Positions 23,560 to 35,010 of a stretch of 64,000 bases of DNA are shown piece after piece. The notes under the pieces are model-generated. The model did no database searches, had not been told where the DNA came from, and saw only the letters and a list, made by a program, of their open reading frames with translations. Source of the stretch: Paraspadella gotoi (taxonomy: Eukaryota; Animalia; Chaetognatha); NCBI GenBank assembly GCA_051294375.1, contig JBJCIZ010000028.1, positions 1,687,479 to 1,751,478 of the forward strand, written 5' to 3'. How positions within the stretch are numbered: position 1 is the stretch's first letter; each line of letters starts with the position of its first letter. A program made the position numbers and the translations under genes.

Positions 23560-25240
23560 TTCTCTAATTTTTTCTCTAATTTTTTCTCTTCCTTCTCGTT
23601 ATGAAATTGGAACAACCAATATAAAAATTATCCATTCATTTAATAAATAAGCTAAATATACCGATGATAATGACTTGAAAAAGTTACATTTGGAAAAAAA
23701 ATCATTGTATTCCCGCAATTAGAAAATTGCATTTAAATTAAAAATAATAATATAACTGCATGTGATGACGTCTAAAAATTGAAGTCCGATATACTGAAAT
23801 ATTCCAATACACCAGTAGTAATGGTAATAACATTAACAGTGAGGGTAGTAACGATTGTAGCAACGTTAATAACCCAGAATAAACCGAGTGTCCTCGAGAA
23901 TTACCTTGAACTGAGTCCCCAGCCGAATGCAGAGAAGTAATTTCTGGACATTTTTTTTTGACATTTCTCAAAAAGTCGATTAACTCCGGATTCGAATGAT
24001 GCCTAAAAAATTTAAAAAAAAAATCGAAACATAATATCAATTACTTCTTGGCCATATTTTCTTAAAACACCTCATTTCTGCTCAAATTCAGAATCAAGTT
24101 TGGTTTTAGGTTTAAAAATTTCATAAAAAGTTGATAACTAAAAATAAAAGTTTCTATACTTTTTTGATATTGTGGATAAACTGCATACGTAGTAAGTCCA
24201 TTGTCCAATGGGTTTGGGAGATCTTTCCATAAAATAACTTACTTTTAAAAGGTAAATGGTTTAATCAACCCATTATTTTTTTTTTTCAAAAACTTTTCAA
24301 TCAAAGATTGAACACGGCATCATTGGGTTAAGAAATAAAACATTAGCCTAGTCAGGTTGATGATTAAAATTATAATATATTTTATTAAAATTGAATATAA
24401 AATATTTAAATTTTATATATTAATATCAAAAAATAAGTTAGGAGAATTTGAAATGAAAATGAGGCGCTTTCGAAAAATAGTGGCCGGTTTTTCAAACTCA
24501 ACGATCATCCGACTTGAATATCAGCGGCTGTTTAAACTTCTGATAAATCCTTGTCGTGATTTCAAATCTCTAAAATTCCTTGATCATATATAAAATTCCA
24601 GTTTGAATTCCAACGCAGGGAATTTCCTTCGTTTAAGTCGACAAAGTCGTAGGGAAGTCAGAGAAGTAAGAGTTAATGATGGAAGGAAAAATAAATGGAA
24701 TCGTATGTAGAAATGTGTTTTTTTATCATATTATGGTGGACTAAAATCCACAACCGTTCATCAGCGGCCATTGGTGCCGGAGGCAAGTCATTCGCCTCCA
24801 ACCCAAAGGTCCGGGGTCTAGCCGGTGGTCGCCTAGCAGTTAAGAGGAACGGGCGCTTAAACCGCCTGTAACATGTGTTACGGCTGATCCGAAGCTCAGG
24901 GACTGCTTATATTGAACGGTTCTGTCATTAAACATAACATTATCATTGTCTTAATATAAAAATTATCCATTCATTTAATAAATAATCTTTCTTGCAAGCT
25001 TTCAATCAAGACTCTCTCACAGTCTCATTTATTTACTCCCAGAGTTCAGTTCCGGCTTCTTATCAATGAAGTGTATAATGTTTTGAACTGTATGAAAGTA
25101 AGTATTAGATCTTGGAATCCTAAATAAACGGTTAACCAAATATGAATATTTTAAATAAAATGACTCACCTGCTGTAACGTGTCTACGTCGAATACAGTGA
25201 AAAACGAAAAGAGAGAAGATTAAAAGGTCAGTCGAAGCAT
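19620..25240 (-). CDS. M14B (carboxypeptidase N/E/D subfamily) carboxypeptidase-like protein, multi-exon, predicted catalytically inactive
   Basis: GT-AG exons: ~25169-25240 (Met plus hydrophobic leader), 23905-24002 ([32 protein letters not shown]), 22980-23202 ([33 protein letters not shown]), 20938-21060 ([28 protein letters not shown]), ~20468-20606 (QPETSAV..FVLSANL), ~19620-20177 ([12 protein letters not shown]..transthyretin-like FWRLLLPG). Phases join correctly across 23905/23202 and 22980/21060. The first and last exons contain indels. Confidence 0.88.
23599..23655 (+). repeat. Short dispersed ~55-bp element
   Basis: ttatgaaattgg..caaccaatataaaaattatccattcatttaataaataagcta also occurs at ~24953-24985, ~36410-36465 and, reverse-complemented, at ~58615-58710. 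Confidence 0.7.
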
Positions 25241-25477
25241 AGTTCTTTTTAAAAAAGGAAGACCTTTAAGATTATTTCCCAAAAGTGATCAAATTTCGTT
25301 TTAAAACGAGAATGAATGACTTCGCGAGAAAATTAGGAAAATTGGCGAATAATTTAATTTCGTTTTGGCAGTTTTAAGAAAATTTGATAATGTTAAAAAC
25401 GAGACGATTGTAAATTAAAAAGAAATATGTACAGGAGAGAGAATAGAGAGAGAGTAGAGAGAGAGAGAGAGAGGAAG

Positions 25478-25514
<37 letters not shown>

Positions 25515-28278
25515 TGATTAACATGACTAAAGAACGGACAATCAGGTAAGTTTGACGTAAAAAGTTGTTGAAAAGAGTAAGAGCGAAGTTGCCATAGAAA
25601 CAGGTAAGCAAAATCGATACAACATATATATTACATATACATTAGGCCGGAACAGGTTGAAAACTAGCGGTTTTCTCAAATAAATATAGGTTAAATGACT
25701 GTTAGAGATATGAAAATAAAATTAATTTTTAAAATTTATCTTATTATAATTTAAGCATTTAAAGATTATTTTATTACTATATAAAGTTTATTGTTTTTTT
25801 AATTTTTCAATTTTTTTAATAGATTCTGGTAGAGTTTTAAAAGTTAGATGAAGATTATTAAAACAACTTTTTTAAATGTTTTTTATTGATAAAAAATTAA
25901 AAAAACCATAAAATTCAGTGAATGATGATGATGATAATGATTTTTTAAGGTTTTTTCTATTTTAAACCAATTTATTATAAAAATTTTAAAAAATGTAGTA
26001 ATAATTTTCATTTAACTTTTCAAGCTCTATAGGAATCCGTTCTTATAAAATAAAACTTTAAAAATTTTAAAAAAAATTGTCATTTGTTATATATTAATAA
26101 ATATTTAAAAGCTTCAGTGCAACAACCCCACAAACTAATTCAAAAAGTTGCATTGAAAAACGATTTAGTAGTAGGAAGGAAAAAAGAAAGAAAGAAAGAA
26201 CTAGAAGTTATAAAAAGTGCTCAATTTTGGCCCGTCTTGATATACATATGTATATATAATATATTATAATATATAATATATTAAGCGATAGCCTTGCCTT
26301 GTCGTCCTTTTTATTCTTTACTAAGCCTTGGCATTAGTTAAAACAAGAATTAGTTTTGACGTATCACAAACAAAAGACCCAATGACAAGTAAAGAACTGG
26401 TCGGCCTCTTAAGTATTTTTTTTGGGCCCAAATCGTTACAGAGTTTTGCAATAGTTGGGGCGCATTTCTCTCTCTCTCTCTCTCTCTCTCTGATCTGACA
26501 AGCACGGCCGAGGATTTTTATGTACACTTATTTAATTTTATTCAGTGTGGTAATTGTACCATTCTGGTGACCTGAATTGACCTCGGTCAATTAACTTACC
26601 CTCGTCGCAAAAATACAACTCACCAAACAATATGAAACCTCAACGTCTTTGTTCTCGTCGTCGTCGGTCAACTCTCTCTCTCTCTCTCTCTCTCTCTAAT
26701 CAACGACTCTTCTTCATAACGAGGGTTTCCAAACCATCTTGGAAAATGAATAAGTCGCCAAACACTATCTTTTGAATCCGTAAATTTAAAAATCGATAGA
26801 AAAATAAGTCTAATAAGTTACTGATTTATGAAATATGTTTAAACCCACAGGTGTGGGAGGAAAATAAAAAGAAAGAGCTCAATCAAAATCTAACTTTCTT
26901 AATTTTATTGACTTAAAAATAATAATTTATTTTAATTTTTATATTATTTTTATTTTAATTATATTTATATATAATAGAGCCTGTGTTGGGTTTTAATATA
27001 TCCATCATTAGTTTTTATTATTAAGCAATGCTGAATAAATAAATATTTATACTTTCAAAACAAATATTTTTTAACCATGAAAAATCAAATTTTTTTCAGC
27101 AGAATTTTTAAAGATATTTGTTTTCCTTTCTACTTCATTACAAGTTAAATGAGCTGCGAATTGTATGTACGCGAACGATTTAAAGAGAGGTGAAATAATA
27201 ACATTAAAGGAGACAAAGTGCGACTATAGTTCGAAAAAGGTGGGAACTGACTTTCTCATTAACCGCAACTCCTTTTCTCCTCTCTCCCCCCCCTGCCCCC
27301 CCCCTCCAGCCACTTTCTGCCCTTCCCCTCCCCTCCTCCTGTTCCTCAACTCCATCACTAAACTCCACACTCATCACTCTACCTCCTCGAATCGACTCCC
27401 ATTCCCACTATTTGGATACGACGGCCGTGGAGAGGACGAATCGACCTCAGTCCGCTCGCTGGGAAGACCCGACCAGGAACATCGTTGAGTTTATTATATC
27501 TATTAATTTTTCATTATTAATTATTATTAGATTATTATTATGTATTGTTACTGTTTGATGCTTGTTTTGTTCTGTTTGTTTGTTTTTTTTTAAGCTGCTG
27601 CGTTTTACGGCCCAAATATTTTAATATATATATTATATATATATATATATATAAATTAGTACTATATATACTACTATGGAAAATTAATAAGTCGCTAAAA
27701 ACTTCACACTTTCTGCGCTTTAAGTACGGAGATTTACACAATATTTTTGAACACATGGTATTTTCTGCATTTATTGTTTTTTATNNNNNNNNNNNNNNNN
27801 NNNNNNNNNNNNNNNNNNNNNNNNNNNNNNNNNNNNNNNNNNNNNNNNNNNNNNNNNNNNNNNNNNNNNNNNNNNNNNNNNNNNNNNNNNNNNNNNNNNN
27901 NNNNNNNNNNNNNNNNNNNNNNNNNNNNNNNNNNNNNNNNNNNNNNNNNNNNNNNNNNNNNNNNNNNNNNNNNNNNNNNNNNNNNNNNNNNNNNNNNNNN
28001 NNNNNNNNNNNNNNNNNNNNNNNNNNNNNNNNNNNNNNNNNNNNNNNNNNNNNNNNNNNNNNNNNNNNNNNNNNNNNNNNNNNNNNNNNNNNNNNNNNNN
28101 NNNNNNNNNNNNNNNNNNNNNNNNNNNNNNNNNNNNNNNNNNNNNNNNNNNNNNNNNNNNNNNNNNNNNNNNNNNNNNNNNNNNNNNNNNNNNNNNNNNN
28201 NNNNNNNNNNNNNNNNNNNNNNNNNNNNNNNNNNNNNNNNNNNNNNNNNNNNNNNNNNNNNNNNNNNNNNNNNNNNNN

Positions 28279-28662
28279 GCGAAATCTACAAAAGCAGACT
28301 GAAGATTCTTGGACCTTTTGGAAAATACGCAATGAATTGGCCAGGAATAAAGCTTTTTCATACTTTTTATGTTTTGAAGTCGGCCGATGAGAAAAATGAA
28401 AAGAAATGCGAAATTTCTATTGAAAAAGATCAAACTGGAATCATCTTCCAATTTTCTACTGAAGAGGGCGTTGTCAAGAAAATGCGCCAGGGAAATGTCA
28501 GAAAGAATGTGGAGGACTTCAAAGGTGACGAGAATGATCATATCCAAGGCATATTGGTTGACAATTTATTTCAAATCACTGATTTGCTTGATTATTATGA
28601 TGAACTTTCCTGCTTGTACAATCCATTACGGGCTAACTGTCAATATTTCACTAAAGAGGTTA
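28279..28662 (+). CDS. Partial tandem paralog (or haplotype copy) of the 31788 ORF, between N gaps
   Basis: EIYKSRLKILGPFGKY..FHTFYVLKSADEKNEKKCEISIEKD..YNPLRANCQYFTKEV is nearly identical to aa 61-190 of the 31788 ORF, in frame, with His and Cys retained. Confidence 0.75.
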
Positions 28663-31600
28663 ANNNNNNNNNNNNNNNNNNNNNNNNNTCAACAATAAAA
28701 AAAAGTATAGTGACTCCTTTCAACTCGACTGCCACGATAACCACCCAGCCTTGTTCAATTTATTTAAAAGAGGAAAAAACAATTTTATTCACATACTGGA
28801 ATGGACGAAGATGAATGATATTAGAAACATGAAGACGATGACTGATGGATTTAGATGAAACCGATGATGAGTAAGTGAATTGGACAGGGGAAAAAAAATC
28901 TTACGATTTGCGTCTTAAAGAAGAAGAAGAAAAACTCCGACAAGGGAGAGGTAAAATTAATCGAGTCATTGATATTCCACTGTCTATGACGGCTATTTAA
29001 AGCTCTTTCTCTATCGAGTCAAGTTTAAGGACGAAGAAAGCACAGAATATACAAACCGACAAGGAAAGACTATATATTTATGGATCATCTGTAAGAAGAC
29101 TAAAGCTCTCTCTCTGTCTTTGCACTACAGGTACAAGATCCATTCCATTCATCTCATCCATTATCAATATAATACTAACTTCAGCTACTACCAAAACTAC
29201 CTCGTCTTCTAAAATCATACAATCTAATACGGCTTAGAATAAATAATTAAAATTTATCTTTATATAATTAAATTAAACGGCATTTATTTATATTATAATA
29301 AGAAACCTGTTTTTTTAATTTTCAATTTTTTTAATAGATTTTCTAGAGTTTAAAATAGTGATTTACATTATAAACAATTTTTAAATTTTTATTGGATAAA
29401 ATTTAAAAACCAAAATTAGGTTGAATAATATGATATAATTTTTAATTTTTTCTATTTTCAAAAATATTTCAAACTTTTAAAAAATGGCTATATATAATCT
29501 CTTCTTATCTCATCACTATAAATCCTCTTATATAAATAAAACTAAAAATAAAAAAAAATTGTCATTAATATTAATAATATCTCAAAACCTTTCAGGGTCT
29601 AAACCAACACCACAAACTGAATTCAAAAGTCTGCTAAAAATCGATTCAGTAAGTTAAAAAATACGGAAATTTTTGAATAGGAAACTATCGGCAATTCGTT
29701 CTAAAAGTTGCTTCAAATTTTCTGCGCTCTTTGATATTATTCTCTCCCATATTATTTTAATATATCTTTAACCGTAGTCTCTCAGCCTATGTGCCTGTGT
29801 TGTTCCTACTGAGACGTTCAATTGATGTAATAATTGACATTTAATATTGTGCCGTATTCTTAGACAATAATACAACAATATTGAGACTTAACGTTATTCA
29901 CCACTTATCGTGTACGCCTTTCTCTTTTCTTATTCATTTCTTTCTTCTTTTTCTTTGCGGGTCCAACGTCGTTTACAGAGTTTGCCAATTAGTTTTGCGG
30001 GCGCCATTTTCTCTTCTCGATCTGACCAACACGGCCGATGCATTTTTATGTACACTATTAATATTTCTATCTCAGTCTTCGTTGCTTCTACTACTCTGCG
30101 TCTACTCAATCTCTCGATCTACAATTCGAATAAGTCTCCCAAACAGTTCATCGTTCTTCTTACATTCTCGCGTCTTAATATCTCTCATTCTCATCGTGCG
30201 ATGATGATATAATCACATTTCTATCAAGATCTGTGATTTTTTAATTCGTTATGCAATCAGTGTAGCCTGGTAACATTAAGTGAATTACATGCTCTGCACT
30301 GTTGGGAGAAAAACTATATAAGATTTAATTTATCCCCGTTCTCTCTTTTTTTAATATTTGTTAAACTAGAAATTAATAGGACTTTTGTTGACGCGTAATT
30401 CTCCTCGCGAAGTAGTTGGAAGATGACTGCGTGGTTAGTGACACTTGGTGGACTGCCAGTGAGAAAGAAAAACGAAAAGCGTCTAAACAGATTTAAAACA
30501 TTCCGTTATGTTGTTGGTCCGGATTTTATTAGACTTGAATTGTTGATATCTTATTAATATTTATACCAGTATATCGATTACAAAGCTATATATTGTTTTT
30601 TTGAGCGGGATGTACGTGATATAGAATTAAAATTTAATTACCTTAAAATCATTATATAAAGATATAAAATATAAGATCCTTTCTGTAAATAATTCATAAA
30701 TATATACTTCAAAATATTTTTTACCTATGCAAGAAAATTTGAATATTTTATTTAGATTTAACAGAATAATATTATTTTAAAATACTATTTTACCTTTCTT
30801 ACTTTCAATATAAAATAATAATCAAAAATATTTTTTTCAAATATTTGTCAATCTCCGGTACTTAACACAAAAAGTTATTGAATTCACTTCATTAATTAGA
30901 TATAATATACGTTCAATTTATATATATATTTTTTTAAATAGCACTAAAAAAACAAACAACAAACAACAAACAAACAAACAACACTAACATAACAATATAA
31001 TAATAAAAGACATGAGGATAATAGAACTCAAGATTAATTAATAATAAAATAAATTAACCTCCATATCGTACTAGTTATATGGTATCTCGGCTTCCCCATC
31101 GACGTGACTAGTCAAATCATTTCAACGCTCTCGGTATCCAATAAGAGAACTTCGACAATTCAACTTGAGTAGGTATGGAGTGATGGGAGGTATGTTTAGT
31201 TAGAAGATTGTGACGTTTACGATTGAAGGAGAGGGAAGGGAGAAGTGCGAGGGGGGCAGGGGGGACGAGGCAAGGGTTGCGTAATAGAATCTGTCCCTTT
31301 CGACTCATTGTCCACTTTGTCCTTTTAAGTTAATTAATTCACCTCTCCTTAAATGTTCGAACATACAAAGTCATCATACATATCGAGCTTTAACGGCTTC
31401 AACTGTTAGCTTAACACTTCACTTATTGATAATTATAACTAATTCATCAATTATCTACTCTTACTAAATATTTTTCTCCTCACCACAGTATCTCTGAACT
31501 TGTAAAATGAACCAGCGAAATAGTTTGAATGAATGTATTTTCTCAATCTTTAAACTAACTAGTGTATACGCAAACACTTTAGTCAGTTATTTCAGTCAGT

Positions 31601-31787
31601 CACCAGTCAGTGCATACGCTGACACTTCTCGAAAATCTCTGACAATCTCTGACAATCTCGAAAAAAATTTTTAGTCAGATCTGCTTATCAGCAGACGACG
31701 ACGACAGTTTTCCTTTTAGCATTGAGGTAAAGATCTTCGACTTTGAAACTTCGACATTTTGTAATTCCTTTTTAAGAAGAGTCAAGC

Positions 31788-33200
31788 ATGGCGGAAGCAA
31801 GCAATGCGGAAGCAAGCACCGAATCCCAAACACATAAATCCAATCAATCTCCATCATATCAAATTTACGACTACACAAAATTGGAACCTCGGATTGAATT
31901 CACCGAATACAAATTATGGGTGGAGGAAGTTACTCGACTTACTTCAGATCTAATTGTCTACAAAAGTGAAATCTACAAAAGCAGCCTGAAGATTCTTGGA
32001 CCTTTGGGAAAATACGTTATGTTCAAACGTGGATTGAAGAATAAAAAGTTTTTTCATACTTTTTACGTTTTGAAGTCGGCCGATGAGAAAAATGAAAAGA
32101 AATGCGAAATTTCTATTGAAAAAGATCAAACTGGAATCATCTTCCAATTTGCTACTGAAGAGGGCGTTGTCAAGAAAATGCGCCAGGGAAATGTCAGAAA
32201 GAATGTGGAGGACTTCAAAGGTGACGAGAATGATCATATCCAAGGCATATTGGTTGACAATTTATTCAAAATCAATGATTTGCTTGATTATTATGATGAA
32301 CTTTCCTGCTCGTACAATGCATTACGGGCTAACTGTCAATATTTCACTAAAGAGGTTAACGTCCACATTGTGGCCCAATCAAAGAACTTGGAGTTCTATC
32401 TAGCCGGGTCCCCGCGGAAATACAAGCTCGACGATCCTGAACTGCTAGAGAGTCTAAAAGATTATTATCCTGGATGGACCAATGAAGAAAATGTTCAGTT
32501 GATCCCTGAGATTCAAGATCTTTTTCCTGTTGATTTGCTGCGCAATAAATCTGCTGAATATGATGAAGAATTCATTGCACAAGATCATAAATTCTTTCTT
32601 GACAAACAAAAAATCGCCACTGCTATATCGGATGCTTTGAAAAATCTTAAATGTAAAGGACAGAAGGCGATATTATCCAACATGTCGAAAGTAGCTTACC
32701 AGAAAGCACTGATGTCGACAGACAATGTTGCGTCTACTCATGTTCAGCTGCTTTCGGCGTTTTGGAACTCGGAATTAGAACTTGTTCTCATTGCTGATGA
32801 GCTCGGTGTCATTATTGTCTCTTTCTTTGAAGAATCAGATGAAGACAAAAGTGGGACTCCTGATTATTTAGAATTTCAAACCATCGAGAGAAAAACTAAA
32901 TTGGTTGACCGAATTGGGAATTTTGACCCTGGCATTACATTTTTTGCCGGGAACGAATACAATTTCGAGTCACTGACCTCTCGACTTTTTTTTCGAAAAA
33001 GAAAAAAAAAAAAATCGGCAGCAGCTTTTTTTATTATGCTGCCGCGGATGAAGTTACAGTCGCTGTCTGCGGCTACAGTTGCTGGAGATCTTCTCCTTCG
33101 AGATCACGTGACCGAGCGAAGCCTTCGACTCTTAATATTCGTTTATATTTTAGACACGTTGACGAGAGGGAGGGAAAAGGTGGTGGGTGGGGGTAAGTGA
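31788..33200 (+). CDS. Uncharacterised intronless ~470-aa protein; N-terminal permuted papain-like (LRAT/PPPDE-type NlpC/P60) His/Cys domain, possible degenerate NERD/PD-(D/E)xK domain
   Basis: Long complex ORF with ATG in AGCATGG context. Motifs FFH90TF, SIE111K and Y176xxLxxNC183QYF; E329LELVLIADELGVIIV resembles a NERD core. Sequence after ~32960 looks low quality, so the real C terminus is uncertain. Confidence 0.7.
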   Translation: MAEASNAEASTESQTHKSNQSPSYQIYDYTKLEPRIEFTEYKLWVEEVTRLTSDLIVYKSEIYKSSLKILGPLGKYVMFKRGLKNKKFFHTFYVLKSADEKNEKKCEISIEKDQTGIIFQFATEEGVVKKMRQGNVRKNVEDFKGDENDHIQGILVDNLFKINDLLDYYDELSCSYNALRANCQYFTKEVNVHIVAQSKNLEFYLAGSPRKYKLDDPELLESLKDYYPGWTNEENVQLIPEIQDLFPVDLLRNKSAEYDEEFIAQDHKFFLDKQKIATAISDALKNLKCKGQKAILSNMSKVAYQKALMSTDNVASTHVQLLSAFWNSELELVLIADELGVIIVSFFEESDEDKSGTPDYLEFQTIERKTKLVDRIGNFDPGITFFAGNEYNFESLTSRLFFRKRKKKKSAAAFFIMLPRMKLQSLSAATVAGDLLLRDHVTERSLRLLIFVYILDTLTRGREKVVGGGK

Positions 33201-34854
33201 TGGTGTGATTTAGGAAAAAAGTTGGGAGTCAAGTAAATGCGAAAACTGTGGGGGGGATTGATAAAGAGGAAATGGAAGTTTCAGGGGATAGAAAAGTAGA
33301 ATAAGACTATTTGAAGGAAAGAAGCTGAAAAAAAACCCCATTCAAATTAAAGCTTAAGGCACTTATTAGGTAAGTATTTTTTCTCGGAGTTTCTTGATGG
33401 AAGACTCTGAGGGCTATTTGCGAATAAAAAGACGGCGATTGAAGGGTAAGTGAGCCAGATTGCGAGCGGATAGTAATTATTTGAGGTAAGTTAAAAAAAG
33501 ATCTAATGCTAAGAGGAAGGGTCGCGGACGAGTAGGCGCATGCCAAAAGTTGGGGAGGTTCGACTTTTCCTTTTACTCTTCTTGTCTCCTCCTCTCATAT
33601 AGAGCCAAAGACCGTCGATCTTGGCGCCGCCCAGTCGATTCTTGACCGCAGCCAACATGCTTTTTCTGAGGTTACTTAACAAGGAAAAACTAATATTTGT
33701 ATAAAAAATAGTCACTTAATGGTTTTTTCTTTTTTTGCGCTAATGTTGGTCCTAATTAATTAGCAAAATCTGGCTACAGTGTAGTTCATGAACTGAAAAA
33801 ATTCTGGTTTAAAACTTATTACCAATATCTTTGTTAAATCTTTTTATTGTTTTATTTAGTAATAATAATAAACAAAATGGCTTGCACTTAAAAAAAAAAC
33901 TTATTTGGGTGCTCAGTCCCTGTAAAGGATCCATTGTAAAAATGAGATTTTTCTTGCTCAGTGCCATCCTTAAAGTGACTTATAAAAATGTTTCATAACG
34001 AAATAGTCTGTTGTAATATAACGATAAGATAGCCCCAACTTTTCCGAGTGAAAGAGATGTCGAAAACCCGCTTAGCTATACCTCCCCTTTTCTTCCCCTC
34101 CTCCTCCTCATCCTACGTCGATTAACATTAGGGACTCAAGGTGAACAGATAAGAGGAAAGAGGGGGGAGGAATTCAGGGAAAATACCAATGAAGAAAAGA
34201 GGGGAAAAAAATGGGTGAAAAAAAAAGTGCGATTGTGAAAACAAGAAAAGAAAAATTGTAAAGTCGAGAGAAAAATTATCGAGTGAAAGAATCGGGAAAA
34301 AAAAATCAATAAATTTACGCCTTTTCTTTTAGTTTCCGTTAATTAAAATGCTAAACTGTTTCTTCTTCGGAATAAGACAGGGTTAGGCGTCGTTGTCAAG
34401 GATAATCGAAGAACAGCAACTAAAAAATCGAAGAGAAAATCTCTTTCTCTCTTTCTCTCTCTCTCTCTTTCCTTCTTTCTCTCTCTCTCTCTCTCTGTCG
34501 GCAACTAAGAATGAGACTTTTCATACGAGTTTCTTCTCATCGCCCTCAGGTGCCAAGATCGAAAAACCCATTTATTTTCCGCTACCATTTTATCTGAAGA
34601 TCGTTATTACGTCTCTCACGTGGGAGCGTCTCAAGTTGTCGATATATATATACCTGTTTCAGTTTTTGCAAACGAGTGAATGTCAGTAAATAGTCTTTTT
34701 AGACTTAAATCATCAGCAAATAGTTTTAAATTACATATAAAGTATTTAAAGAAATCTTTTAAATCTACAGTCTCTTTCTTTTTGTAATAATGAGGATAAG
34801 GTGCTAAGTGGGCCTGAGATGACTATCATAACTCTTTAACCCCTAAAGTAGCCA

Positions 34855-35010
34855 TGGAACGGGTCCTGGGTTGAACCAGGCTTGAGGGCTGCACGCCCCC
34901 AAGGCGGCTTACGGCCGTCCTACGCTTCCGCAGGGTAGGTACCGGGTTGGGATTGAACCCGGTACCTAGTGGTCATGAGCTGATGGCTTTACTCAATGAG
35001 CCACGGGTCA
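34855..35010 (-). mobile_element. tRNA-derived SINE, family 1
   Basis: Reverse complement aligns with 6872-7075 (tggctcattgagtaaagccatcagctcat..ggtaccgggttcaatcccaaccc..caggacccgttccat). Confidence 0.75.

Noticed and set aside
24760-24920. tRNA gene
   Set aside because: Only a weak A-box/B-box-like SINE-type island; no cloverleaf.
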